NCBI GenBank assembly: GCA_964425005.1
Contig: CAYRKT010000020.1
Coordinates: 1-23,993, forward strand
Source of the DNA: an uncultured Synergistia bacterium
GTDB taxonomy: Bacteria > Synergistota > Synergistia > CAYRKT01
Reading direction: 5' to 3'
DNA length: 23,993 nucleotides
The position numbers and the translations under genes are program-made. The notes beneath the pieces are model-generated. The model was not told where the DNA came from and made no database searches. It saw only the letters and a program-made list of their open reading frames with translations. Positions 15,564 to 23,825 of this stretch are shown here, piece by piece. How positions within the stretch are numbered: position 1 is the first letter of the stretch; each line of letters starts with the position of its first letter.

Positions 15564-16026
15564 ACGCCCTCTTTGCCCCCTCGACGCCCAGAGCTCCGAT
15601 CAGGGCCAGGCTCAGCGCGGCTGTGAGCTGGTCCGCTAGCCCTCCCGTCCTGAAGAGCCTGAGCCCCACCCTCCTGTTCGAGAGGACGGAGAGCTTGATG
15701 CCGCCCTTGGTCAGGCTGTCCAGGAAAAGGTGGGAGAGGTATCCGAGCGAAACGGCTAGCCCATGCCAGAGGCCCAGGATCAGCGCCGATGCCAGGGAGA
15801 TCGAGAGGGCGAAGTCCAGGGAGTGGCTTAGGCCCCTGTGCCCGAACATCAGGTTGAGCGCCCTGGAGAGCCTGGGGAATTTCCTCCCCACCTTGGTCGC
15901 CGTGCTGTCCAGGTCGGGGAGCAAAGAAGAGATGACGGCGAGCGACAGGAAGAAAAGGTCCTGAGCTGCGCCCTTCACCGAGACGGCGAGGGCCAGCCCG
16001 AAGAGCAGGTGCGTTCTCCCGGTCAT
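15550..16026 (-). CDS. DUF457/YdjM-like membrane-bound metal-dependent hydrolase
   Basis: The start is at the internal Met MTGRTHLLFGLALA (ATG at 16026, SD GAGGGGA 9 nt upstream). Taking the track's 16086 start would overlap msrBA. The protein has a conserved His-rich N-terminus and multiple TM segments. Confidence 0.7.
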   Translation of the reverse strand: MTGRTHLLFGLALAVSVKGAAQDLFFLSLAVISSLLPDLDSTATKVGRKFPRLSRALNLMFGHRGLSHSLDFALSISLASALILGLWHGLAVSLGYLSHLFLDSLTKGGIKLSVLSNRRVGLRLFRTGGLADQLTAALSLALIGALGVEGAKRAFSRF

Positions 16027-16058
16027 GGTCTGATGTCCCCTCGGCCTGATGATTTCCT

Positions 16059-16997
16059 CTAGAAGACCTTTCTCCAGCGATGGCAATAAGGGGCCTCGCC
16101 GGTCTTATCGTAGTAATCCTGGTGGTAATCCTCCGCCAGGTAAAAGGTGGATGCCTCCCTCAGCTGGGTCGCCACCTTGTGCCCCATCTCCTTTAGCCTC
16201 TGGATCAACCTCTCGGCGACCTCCCTTTGCTCCTCGTCGGTGTAGAATATGGCGCTGAGGTACTGGGGACCGATGTCCGGACCCTGCCCGTCCTCCTGCG
16301 AGAAGTCGTGGATCTCGAAGAAATACCTCAAGATCTCCTCGACGGGCTTGTCCCCCTGGTAGATTACCTCCACAGTCTCCAGGTGGCCCGTCCTGCCGGT
16401 GCAGACCATCTTGTAGGTGGGGTTGGGGACGTGTCCGCCCATGTAGCCCACCCTGGTGTCCACCACGTAGGGGTGTCTTTTCATCAGGTGCTCCACGCCC
16501 CAGAAACATCCTCCCGCGAGGAATATCCTGTTTATCCTCGGCCTCTCCCCCTGCGGCAGGAAGCGCATGGACGCGGAGTTTACGCAGTGCCTTACGTTCT
16601 TAGGGGTAAAACCCTCCCCCTCGAAGACGTGGCCCAGGTGTGCCCCGCAGTAGGCGCAGGATATCTCGGTCCTAACGCCGTCCGGATCGGGGGATCTCCT
16701 TACAGCTCCCGGGATCTCGTCGTCGAAGCTGGGCCAACCGCAGCCGGAGTGGAACTTGTCCTCGCTTCGATATAGGGGTATCCCGCAGTTGTTGCATACG
16801 TAGATGCCCTTCTCGAAGTGGTCCACGTACTTGCCGGTGAAGGGCCTTTCGGTTCCCCTCTCGAACATCACCCATCTCTCCAGGTCGCTCAAGTCGTCCC
16901 TGAAGGGCTTTACCTTCAACGGAGCCACCTCCTCTCCCGCGGCGCACCACGCCATCGCCGCCGAAATCGAGATCACCAGGACGGCGAGCGCTCTCAT
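16059..16997 (-). CDS. msrAB: Secreted bifunctional peptide-methionine sulfoxide reductase (MsrB-MsrA fusion) with signal peptide
   Basis: An N-terminal signal peptide ([21 protein letters not shown]) is followed by an MsrB/SelR domain (CNNCGIPLY...CGWPSF...HLGHVF, Zn-binding CxxC pairs). The MsrA domain ([10 protein letters not shown]) comes after it. There is a 4 nt overlap with purE. Confidence 0.9.
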   Translation of the reverse strand: MRALAVLVISISAAMAWCAAGEEVAPLKVKPFRDDLSDLERWVMFERGTERPFTGKYVDHFEKGIYVCNNCGIPLYRSEDKFHSGCGWPSFDDEIPGAVRRSPDPDGVRTEISCAYCGAHLGHVFEGEGFTPKNVRHCVNSASMRFLPQGERPRINRIFLAGGCFWGVEHLMKRHPYVVDTRVGYMGGHVPNPTYKMVCTGRTGHLETVEVIYQGDKPVEEILRYFFEIHDFSQEDGQGPDIGPQYLSAIFYTDEEQREVAERLIQRLKEMGHKVATQLREASTFYLAEDYHQDYYDKTGEAPYCHRWRKVF

Positions 16998-17509
16998 CGC
17001 CCCATCTCCTCCAGGTATGAGTTTGCCCCCATCTCCTCGAGCTTCCTGGCTTTGGCCTCCACCGAGAGCCTCTCCTCCGCCATCCTCTCCCTCACCCTGT
17101 TCGCCACCTCCGGATGCTTGATCCCCAGGATCCTGGCGGCCAAAAGCGCTGCGTTCTTGGCGCCGTCTATGGCCACGGTGGCCACCGGTACCCCGAAGGG
17201 CATCTGGACGATGGAAAGGAGGGAGTCTAGCCCGTTCAGGGACCTGCTCCTGATGGGCACCCCTATGACCGGAAGGTGGGTGAGGGAAGCGGTCATGCCC
17301 GGCAGATGGGCGGCTCCTCCCGCACCCGCTATTATCACCTCTATTCCCCTCTCGTGGGCGGTCTTGGCGTACTCGAACATCCTCTCGGGCGTCCTGTGGG
17401 CCGAGACCACGGTGATCTCATAGGGTATCCCCAGCTCCTCCAGGACTTCGGCTGCCTGCGCCATTACCGGAAGGTCCGAGTCGCTGCCCATTATTATGCC
17501 GACCTTCAT
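16994..17509 (-). CDS. purE: N5-carboxyaminoimidazole ribonucleotide mutase
   Basis: [16 protein letters not shown]...[17 protein letters not shown]...VIGVPI contains the classic PurE motifs. Confidence 0.9.
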   Translation of the reverse strand: MKVGIIMGSDSDLPVMAQAAEVLEELGIPYEITVVSAHRTPERMFEYAKTAHERGIEVIIAGAGGAAHLPGMTASLTHLPVIGVPIRSRSLNGLDSLLSIVQMPFGVPVATVAIDGAKNAALLAARILGIKHPEVANRVRERMAEERLSVEAKARKLEEMGANSYLEEMGR

Positions 17510-18624
17510 CTGCTGACGCTCCCCTTGACCTTCAGGGTCCTTCTAACCCTCTCGAGCTTTTCCTCCAGCTCCTCGTAGGTCTCAGCTAATACGGTCACGT
17601 GCCCCATCTTTCGGAAGGGAAAGACCTCCTTCTTGCCGTAGATGTGAACGTAGACCCCCTCCATCGAGAGGACCTCCTCCAGGCCGACGAAGAGGGGTTT
17701 GCCGTAGTGCCCTGGTTCGCTCACCAGGTTCCAGGTGGCGGCCAGGCTCGTCGTCCTGGGTGATCCCAGAGGCCATCCGCAGCACACCCTCACGAGTTGC
17801 TCGAACTGGCTGCAGAGGCAGGCCTCTATCGTGTAGTGCCCCGAGTTGTGCGGTCTGGGCGCTAGCTCGTTGAGCAAAACCCTCCCCCTTCTGTCCAAAA
17901 ATAGCTCGACTCCGAAGACCCCCACGCCCCTGAGGGCCTCCACCGACCTCCTAGCTATCCCCTCGGCCTCAGAGGCTATCTCGCTGCTCACCCTGGCTGG
18001 AGCCACGAGGGTGTTCATGAGCTTGAACCTGTCGTCGAAGGTCATCTCCACCGCAGGGTATACGGCGCAACTTCCGCCCTCGTCCCTTACGACTATCACC
18101 GCGAGCTCTTTGTCTATCTCCACGAACTCCTCCGCGTAGGAAGGCCCCTTTATAGCCCTCTCCAGGTCGGAGACCTCCCTCATCACCACGACGCCTCTGC
18201 CGTCATAGCCGCCCTTCCTCGACTTCTGCACCAGCGGCAGGCGATCCCTCAGGTCCTCCTCTGATCTCACCTCCCAGAAGGAGGGCATGGGTATTCCCGC
18301 CTCCCTCAGCACCGTCTTCTGGACTAACTTGTCCTGTATGATCTCCACCGCCTCCGGGTTTGGGACGACCCTTAAGCTCTCGGAGAGCTTCCTCAGCCCC
18401 TGGGGGCTGACGTTCTCGACGTCTATCGTTACGACGTCGCAGCCGCGGGCGAAGGAGAGCACGTCCCTCTCCGAGTCGACCCTGCCCAGCTGTTGTTCGG
18501 CCACAGCGGAGGCAGGACAGCCAGGAGTGTGGTCCAGCACCCTCACCCTCACCCCCATTCTCTGTGCCTCCAGGGCGGTCATCTTGGCCAGCTGGCCTCC
18601 GCCGAGAACGCCTATGGTCTTCAA
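17506..18624 (-). CDS. purK: N5-carboxyaminoimidazole ribonucleotide synthase
   Basis: An ATP-grasp protein: [15 protein letters not shown]...[17 protein letters not shown]...[11 protein letters not shown]. It has 4 nt overlaps with both neighbours. Confidence 0.9.
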   Translation of the reverse strand: MKTIGVLGGGQLAKMTALEAQRMGVRVRVLDHTPGCPASAVAEQQLGRVDSERDVLSFARGCDVVTIDVENVSPQGLRKLSESLRVVPNPEAVEIIQDKLVQKTVLREAGIPMPSFWEVRSEEDLRDRLPLVQKSRKGGYDGRGVVVMREVSDLERAIKGPSYAEEFVEIDKELAVIVVRDEGGSCAVYPAVEMTFDDRFKLMNTLVAPARVSSEIASEAEGIARRSVEALRGVGVFGVELFLDRRGRVLLNELAPRPHNSGHYTIEACLCSQFEQLVRVCCGWPLGSPRTTSLAATWNLVSEPGHYGKPLFVGLEEVLSMEGVYVHIYGKKEVFPFRKMGHVTVLAETYEELEEKLERVRRTLKVKGSVSR

Positions 18625-19325
18625 TCCCCCTCTACCTCCTCCCGGATTTCAGGATGTTCCGCGAACTCGGTCATGTGCCTCCTGTACCTCAAGGGGACCT
18701 TGGACAGCTGAAGCCGTCTGTTCTCCCTCTCCTCCACGGCAACGCTGTGAAAGTAGCTCCTCCAGAGCCTCTGGAACAGGTTCTCTCCCTCAGAGGGCTT
18801 GAGCCCGGAGGCTTCCACCTCGACCATGGCGAATCGTCCGTCCTGTACCAGTACGGCTAGCCCCCTCCTCGTGTCGTGGATCAGCAACCTCTCGGACCTC
18901 ATGCGCCTGGCGAAGTGATAGCTGACGGGAGGGAGGACCTGATACCTGGGCTCGAAGGCCCCATACAGCAGGCCACAACCCATCTCCCTGAACCTGAGGA
19001 AGCCCTTGAACCTGTGGGCCTCCCTCTTCACTGCCCTGGAGACCTCGACCACGCGCCCGAAGATGTGGTGCAGCGGGTCGAAGAGGCGATGAGGCTCCGA
19101 GCGAGCTAGCTTGAGGAAGGCGATGGCGACCATCTCGAAGTTCTCCTCCTCGGATAGTACGTAGTGGTAGAGCACGTCCACCGCCTCCCTGGGGAGCTCG
19201 GAGAGGAGGCCCGTCAGGTCCTCCTCGAAGAGCAGAAGCTGCACCCTCCGCAGGAAGGCGGCCAGGAAGGGCCTGGGGGAAGGCTCAAATCTGCCCAAGG
19301 GGTAAGAGGAGCTGTCCGCCCTCAT
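18621..19325 (-). CDS. TIGR03915/DUF4130-like protein, obligate partner of the DNA-modification/repair radical SAM protein (no uracil-DNA-glycosylase fusion)
   Basis: 234 aa. It sits immediately downstream of the TIGR03916-type radical SAM gene and overlaps it by 41 nt. Its size and Arg/aromatic-rich character fit the partner family; the assignment rests mainly on the conserved gene-pair context. Confidence 0.65.
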   Translation of the reverse strand: MRADSSSYPLGRFEPSPRPFLAAFLRRVQLLLFEEDLTGLLSELPREAVDVLYHYVLSEEENFEMVAIAFLKLARSEPHRLFDPLHHIFGRVVEVSRAVKREAHRFKGFLRFREMGCGLLYGAFEPRYQVLPPVSYHFARRMRSERLLIHDTRRGLAVLVQDGRFAMVEVEASGLKPSEGENLFQRLWRSYFHSVAVEERENRRLQLSKVPLRYRRHMTEFAEHPEIREEVEGD

Positions 19326-20529
19326 CTTTGGAGAACTCCTCCCTCAGGTCTTCCCAGCTCTTCGCCCCGGACGGGTATCTACCCCCCAGCGTCACGAAGG
19401 GGCGGGCTCTCCTGAGCACGACGCCCAACCTCTTGAGGTCGAGCTCCGACAGGGTCGTCCACCTCCTGGCGCTGATTATCCTCCTGGCCGAGGTGGGGCC
19501 TATCCCTGGGACGCGAAGCAGCGTCTCGTAGTCCGCCGACATCACCTCGACGGGGAACAGGTGCAGGTTCCTCAGGGCCCAGTCCAGCTTGGGGTCCAGG
19601 TCCAGGGAGAGGTTCGGCCTCTTGGCGTCGACCAGCTCGTCCAGCTCAAAGCCGTAGAACCTCATGAGCCAGTCGGCCTGGTAGAGCCTGTGCTCCCGAA
19701 GCAGCGGCGGGGCCTGGGTGGGCAAGCGGGGGTCGTGGTTCACGGGGACGTAGGCGGAGTAGTAGACCCTCCTGAGGCTCAGCCTCTCGTAGAGCCTGCG
19801 GGATAGGAGCAGGATCTCCCTGTCGCTCTCGGGGGTGGCGCCGACTATGATCTGGGTCGACTGGCCCGTGGCCGCGAACTCACCGCCCCTCTCCTCCTTG
19901 GGCAGGGACAGAAGCCTGTGCAGCGTCCTCATGTGCCCCAGTATGCGGTCGAAGTCCTTGTCCGGGGCGAGGGCCTTCAGGGAGGATTCGGTGGGTAGCT
20001 CCAGGTTGACGCTTATCCTGTCGCACCATCGGGACGCCTCCTCTACGGTGGAGGGGCTGCTGCCCGGGAGGACCTTCATGTGGATGTAGCCTCGAAAGCC
20101 CATCTCGAGCCTGAGCGTCTTGGCGGTGGCTATCATTAGCTCCATGGTGTGATCAGGGCTAACCCAAACCCCCGAACTCAGGAAGAGCCCCTCTATGTAG
20201 TTCCTCCTGTATAGCTGATAGGTCAGGTGGGCGAGCTCCTTGGGGGAGAAGGCGGTCCGAAGCACGTCGTTGCTGGCCCTGTTCGCGCAGTAAGCGCAGT
20301 CGTTCTGGCACAGGTTGGTCATGAGGACCTTTAACAGCGAAACGCATCTGCCGTCAGCGCTCCAGGAGTGGCATATGCCCCACCTGGCGGCGCTCCCCAG
20401 CTGTCCCTTGGCCCCACGACGACTCGACCCGCTCGAGGCGCAGGAGACGTCGTACTTAGCCGCCGAGGCCAGTATCGGAAGCTTCTCCTGCAGACTGAGC
20501 CTTGAGGCCACCTTGGTCAGGCTCGACAT
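19285..20529 (-). CDS. Putative DNA modification/repair radical SAM protein (TIGR03916-like) with C-terminal helix-hairpin-helix
   Basis: The N-terminus reads EKLPILASAAKYDVSC and the radical SAM cluster motif is CQNDCAYC (Cx3Cx2C). The C-terminal HhH is LRVPGIGPTSARRIISAR. The protein is 414 aa. Confidence 0.8.
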   Translation of the reverse strand: MSSLTKVASRLSLQEKLPILASAAKYDVSCASSGSSRRGAKGQLGSAARWGICHSWSADGRCVSLLKVLMTNLCQNDCAYCANRASNDVLRTAFSPKELAHLTYQLYRRNYIEGLFLSSGVWVSPDHTMELMIATAKTLRLEMGFRGYIHMKVLPGSSPSTVEEASRWCDRISVNLELPTESSLKALAPDKDFDRILGHMRTLHRLLSLPKEERGGEFAATGQSTQIIVGATPESDREILLLSRRLYERLSLRRVYYSAYVPVNHDPRLPTQAPPLLREHRLYQADWLMRFYGFELDELVDAKRPNLSLDLDPKLDWALRNLHLFPVEVMSADYETLLRVPGIGPTSARRIISARRWTTLSELDLKRLGVVLRRARPFVTLGGRYPSGAKSWEDLREEFSKDEGGQLLLPLGQI

Positions 20530-20530
20530 A

Positions 20531-20547
20531 CTGTAAGTATATTACAG
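20531..20547. promoter_or_regulatory. Palindrome CTGTAA-N5-TTACAG (CTGT-N9-ACAG) abutting the radical SAM start codon; candidate operator
   Basis: CTGTAAGTATATTACAG begins 2 nt upstream of the radical SAM ATG, which spans 20529-20527 on the - strand. It has a perfect 6 bp inverted repeat and an AT-rich centre, resembling the Gram-negative LexA CTGT-N8-ACAG box with one extra base. Confidence 0.35.
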
Positions 20548-20572
20548 GTGCCGCCCTCCAGTCCATCCTAGG

Positions 20573-20581
20573 TGATATAAT
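20573..20581 (+). promoter_or_regulatory. Extended -10 promoter (TGATATAAT) for the class II aldolase gene
   Basis: TGATATAAT is a perfect extended -10 about 45 nt upstream of the GTG start at 20626. It is divergent from the radical SAM operon. Confidence 0.45.
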
Positions 20582-20625
20582 TTCGATGTGGTCGGCTTCT
20601 GACCGCGAGATGGAGGCGATGGTGC

Positions 20626-21288
20626 GTGTTGTTGTCCCCTTCGGATCTGGTTAGGCTCTCCAGGGAGGCCCATTCCCGGGGTTTGGTGGGCGGGATATGG
20701 GGGAACGCCTCGATCAGGAGCGAGGGTGGTATGACCATAAGCCCTTCGGGCTTCTCTTTGGCCGACGTCGAGGAGAGGACCCTGGTGGAGGTGGCCCTGG
20801 ACGGCTCCCTCGTGAGCGATTGGGCCGGGATTTCTCCCTCCAGCGAGTGGCGCTTGCACTCCTCGATATACGCCGCCAGATCCGAGGTCCTTTGCGTCCT
20901 TCACGTCCATCCTCCTCGTTCCGTGGCCCTCTCCCTGGTGGGAGACTTCCTGCCGCCCGTTCTCGAGGAGATGGCCATGCTTTGTGGTCCCGTCGTGAGG
21001 GTGGCCGATTACGCTCCTCCTGGCACCGAGGAGCTCGCTAGGTCCGCCCTGAGGGCGCTGGGCGATGGCGGCGCGGTGATCCTCAGGAACCACGGGCTGG
21101 TGTGCGTTGGGCGTTCCGTGGACGAGGTCCTGGCGACGGCTGAGGTCTGCGAGAAGGCCGCCGAGGTGTACCTGCTCGCCCTGTCCACGGGTCTCCCTGT
21201 GAAGCCCCTTCCGGAGGCCGAGGCCACGGAGCTGAGGCGCAGGTATCTGGAGGGTTACGGCAGAAGGCTGTGGGGTGCTTCGAGTTGA
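20626..21288 (+). CDS. Class II aldolase/adducin N-terminal domain protein (FucA/MtnB-like)
   Basis: It aligns by eye to L-fuculose-phosphate aldolase: GNASIR...MTISPSG...SSEWRLHSSIY...VLHVHPP...HGLVCVG. The start is GTG 9 nt after the SD GGAGG. Confidence 0.8.
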   Translation: MLLSPSDLVRLSREAHSRGLVGGIWGNASIRSEGGMTISPSGFSLADVEERTLVEVALDGSLVSDWAGISPSSEWRLHSSIYAARSEVLCVLHVHPPRSVALSLVGDFLPPVLEEMAMLCGPVVRVADYAPPGTEELARSALRALGDGGAVILRNHGLVCVGRSVDEVLATAEVCEKAAEVYLLALSTGLPVKPLPEAEATELRRRYLEGYGRRLWGASS

Positions 21289-22082
21289 GGCTTCTGCCCC
21301 TGCTTTTGCTCTTCCTCCTGTCGGCGGTTAGCCCCTGTGGGGCCTCCTCCCTTAAGGGGATCGCCAGCTCCTTCAGCTACGAAGCCAGGACCGGACTGGT
21401 GAGGCTCGAGGGGGACGTCCTCGTCGAGGCCAAGGGCCTCAGGGTCAGCTCCGACGCGGCCACTTTCGATGAGAGGTCTGGCAGGCTTTACCTCTCCGGG
21501 GACGTCCTCGTCTCGAGCGACCTCGGAGAGGCCCGCGCCGACTCGGCCAGTTACGATCCGTCCGCCGACCTCCTGGTCCTGGAAGGTGAGGTCGTCGTCT
21601 CGATGGATTCGTCGATCCTCAGGGCTAGGGCCGTGGCCCTGGGTGGCTCCGGCGAGGTCAGGGCTTCGGGGGACGTGAGGCTCGAGCTAAAGGGGGAGGG
21701 GCTCGGCGTCGTGGCGAGGGCCGCCTTCCTCTCGGCGAGCGGCGACAGGGTGGAGATGCGCGGCGGCGTCGAGCTCGAGGAAGCCTCTCGCGGCCTTAGG
21801 GCCAGATCCCCCTCCGCTCAGCTTTGGCTCGGCGCGGGCGATGGGAGGAGGAGGACGGTGGAGAGGGCGCTCATGGCGGATGGCGTGTCCGTCGAGGGCA
21901 GAGGGGTATCGGCCACCGCCGAGAGGGCCGACTACGACGTTCGAAGGGAGCTCCTGAGGTTGGAGGGGAGCGTGGCGATATCTTCGGCTCGAGGTACCCT
22001 CAGGGCGAAGGTGGCCTCGCTGGACTTGAGGTCTGGCGTCTTCAGGGGCGTTGGTGGCAGGGCCTCGATCGGATTGGAGTGA
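21270..22082 (+). CDS. lptA: LptA/OstA-like periplasmic lipopolysaccharide transport protein with signal peptide
   Basis: The signal peptide (LLPLLLLFLLSAVS) is followed by repetitive beta-jellyroll segments in OstA-like style (GDVLVEAKGLRVSSDAATFD...GDVLVSSD...). It lies immediately upstream of lptB. The start is GTG at 21270 or TTG at 21285. Confidence 0.65.
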   Translation: MGCFELRLLPLLLLFLLSAVSPCGASSLKGIASSFSYEARTGLVRLEGDVLVEAKGLRVSSDAATFDERSGRLYLSGDVLVSSDLGEARADSASYDPSADLLVLEGEVVVSMDSSILRARAVALGGSGEVRASGDVRLELKGEGLGVVARAAFLSASGDRVEMRGGVELEEASRGLRARSPSAQLWLGAGDGRRRTVERALMADGVSVEGRGVSATAERADYDVRRELLRLEGSVAISSARGTLRAKVASLDLRSGVFRGVGGRASIGLE

Positions 22083-22087
22083 TCCCG

Positions 22088-22828
22088 TTGGAAGCGCCGT
22101 CTCGCCGATCCCTACTGGCGGAGGGGCTCGTCAAGTTCTACGGGGGCAAGAGGGTGGTCTCCTCCGTTAGCCTCAGGGTAAACCAGGGGGAGGTGGTGGG
22201 TCTTTTGGGTCCCAACGGTGCGGGAAAGACCACCACCTTCTACATGATGGTGGGGTTGGTCAAGCCGGACGAGGGCAGGGTCTTCCTGGGCGAGAGGGAC
22301 ATAACGGGCTTGCCCATGCCCAAGAGGGCCAGGCTGGGGTTGGGCTATCTGCCGCAGGAGCAGTCGATCTTCTGGGGTCTTAGGGTCTGGGAGAACGTAT
22401 ACCTGGTGCTCGAGGAGCTGGGGGTCACCGAGGTGGAGGACATGGAAAGGCTTTGCGCCCACGTGATGTCCGAGGTGGGCATCTCCCACATGGCTCAGGA
22501 GTACGCCTACAACCTGTCGGGGGGGGAGAGGAGGAAGGTCGAGATAGCCAGGGCCCTGGCCACCATGCCTGAGTTCCTGCTCCTAGATGAGCCCTTCGGA
22601 GGAGTAGACCCCATCACGGTCTACGACCTCCAGCAGATAATCATATCCCTCAAGAGGAAGGGGTACGGCGTTCTGCTCACCGACCACAACGTCAGGGAAA
22701 CCCTATCCATCACCGATCGCGCCTACATAATGCACGGCGGCTCGATAATGGTGGAGGGAACCCCTGGCGAGATCGTCTCCCATAGGGAGGCCAGGCGATA
22801 CTACCTGGGCGAGGCCTTCAAGATATGA
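22088..22828 (+). CDS. lptB: LPS export ABC transporter ATP-binding protein
   Basis: Walker A GPNGAGKTTTF, the signature LSGGERRKVEIARAL and Walker B LLLDEPFGGVD are present. The protein is LptB-sized when started at TTG 22088, which has an SD GGAG 8 nt upstream. The track's 21824 start is an upstream extension through the lptA 3' end. Confidence 0.85.
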   Translation: MEAPSRRSLLAEGLVKFYGGKRVVSSVSLRVNQGEVVGLLGPNGAGKTTTFYMMVGLVKPDEGRVFLGERDITGLPMPKRARLGLGYLPQEQSIFWGLRVWENVYLVLEELGVTEVEDMERLCAHVMSEVGISHMAQEYAYNLSGGERRKVEIARALATMPEFLLLDEPFGGVDPITVYDLQQIIISLKRKGYGVLLTDHNVRETLSITDRAYIMHGGSIMVEGTPGEIVSHREARRYYLGEAFKI

Positions 22829-22832
22829 CCCT

Positions 22833-23387
22833 CTAGCCCAGCAGGACCATTCCCGTCCAGATCACCCTTTCCCTCGGAGGGAAGTGGAGCTGTACCCCCA
22901 CCTCCTTCAGGATGGACGTCACGTCGATCCCCATGCCCTCCATGGACGGTCTTGCCTCATAGGGGTGTCTGCAGGGTCCTCTCTCGAAGGATCCGACGCA
23001 CTCCTCGCACAACCTGCAGGATCCCCCTATTAGACCCATGGACAGCGCGAGCCCCAGGCTCAACGCCTTCCGCTCCAGCTGGTTCACGATGTGGTGAAGC
23101 TTCAGCGATCCTGCCTCTTCGCCCGACCTCTCGGAGTCGGCTTCGGTCTCCACGATGACTATCACCGCTCTCTCGTACCTGCGCAGAGCCCTCTCCACCT
23201 GGTCCAGTGGGGGCAAGTTCGGGGGGCACAGGAGATGTCTGCCGTAGTTGGGACAGAGGGGGACCAGGCATTTCAACCTGACCCGCTCGTCCACCACCAC
23301 CTGTGAGCCCCTCACGAGGAAGACCCGCGAGGCCCCCAGCCTAAGGGCCTCCGCCTTGAGCGCTTCGCATGCGGTCGACCTCGTCAA
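22833..23387 (-). CDS. DUF2284 family predicted metal-binding protein
   Basis: It carries the CxxCxxYG....CPP motif (LCPNYGRHLLCPP) and a second Cys cluster (CRLCEEC...C). The preferred start is TTG at 23387, 5 nt after the SD GGAGGTGA. The track's ATG at 23510 would overlap the tmRNA promoter and 5' end. Confidence 0.55.
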   Translation of the reverse strand: MTRSTACEALKAEALRLGASRVFLVRGSQVVVDERVRLKCLVPLCPNYGRHLLCPPNLPPLDQVERALRRYERAVIVIVETEADSERSGEEAGSLKLHHIVNQLERKALSLGLALSMGLIGGSCRLCEECVGSFERGPCRHPYEARPSMEGMGIDVTSILKEVGVQLHFPPRERVIWTGMVLLG

Positions 23388-23450
23388 ACGCGTCACCTCC
23401 CGCGCGGGGGATCGTACCCATGCTTCGAGGTCCTCGAAACTCGTCTTGAG

Positions 23451-23459
23451 TGGTATAAT
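23451..23459 (+). promoter_or_regulatory. Extended -10 promoter (TGgTATAAT) for ssrA
   Basis: TGGTATAAT lies 16-24 nt upstream of the mature tmRNA 5' end. This is consistent with a short precursor processed by RNase P. Confidence 0.45.
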
Positions 23460-23474
23460 ATATCTTGCCGCAGG

Positions 23475-23825
23475 GGGGGCGAAAGGTTTCGACGGCGGTT
23501 CAGAGGTCAAAGGAGCGAGCCGAGTTTGTCCGGTGGCTCGACAAAAACCGGTCGCACAATAAGTGCCAACGAGAGCTACGCTCTGGCCGCTTAAGTAGCG
23601 GTCACGCCCGCGGGGGGCTAGCCGTCGGTGCCCCGTAGGGCGTCATAGGAGACGGCTGGCTCCAGGGGTCGGCCCCTGCCTCTGGAGCGAGACCCAGGGG
23701 GCTGGCTCGGGGCGGATCCTGCCCATGGGAGTCGCACCGAGCGAGATCAAAACATGGGCTACGCTCGTAGGGGCCTTTGGCCGAAGGCTAGCCGGACGGG
23801 GGTTCGATTCCCCCCGCCTCCACCA
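23475..23825 (+). ncRNA. ssrA: tmRNA (transfer-messenger RNA, SsrA)
   Basis: The 5' GGGGGCGAAAGGTTTCGACGG pairs with the 3' CGCCTCCACCA acceptor, including a G3-U wobble for Ala identity. The T-arm is GGGGGTTCGATTCCCCC. An internal tag ORF (GCC AAC GAG AGC TAC GCT CTG GCC GCT TAA) encodes ANESYALAA and ends at 23594. Length is about 351 nt. Confidence 0.9.

Noticed and set aside
16027-16086. A longer DUF457 ORF starting at 16086
   Set aside because: It would overlap msrBA by 28 nt. The family-typical N-terminus MTGRTHLLFG begins at 16026 with a good SD.
21824-22087. An upstream start for lptB at 21824 (334 aa)
   Set aside because: The extension is Arg/Gly-rich read-through of the lptA 3' end. 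The LptB homology begins about 13 aa before LVKFYGG, where a TTG with an SD is available.
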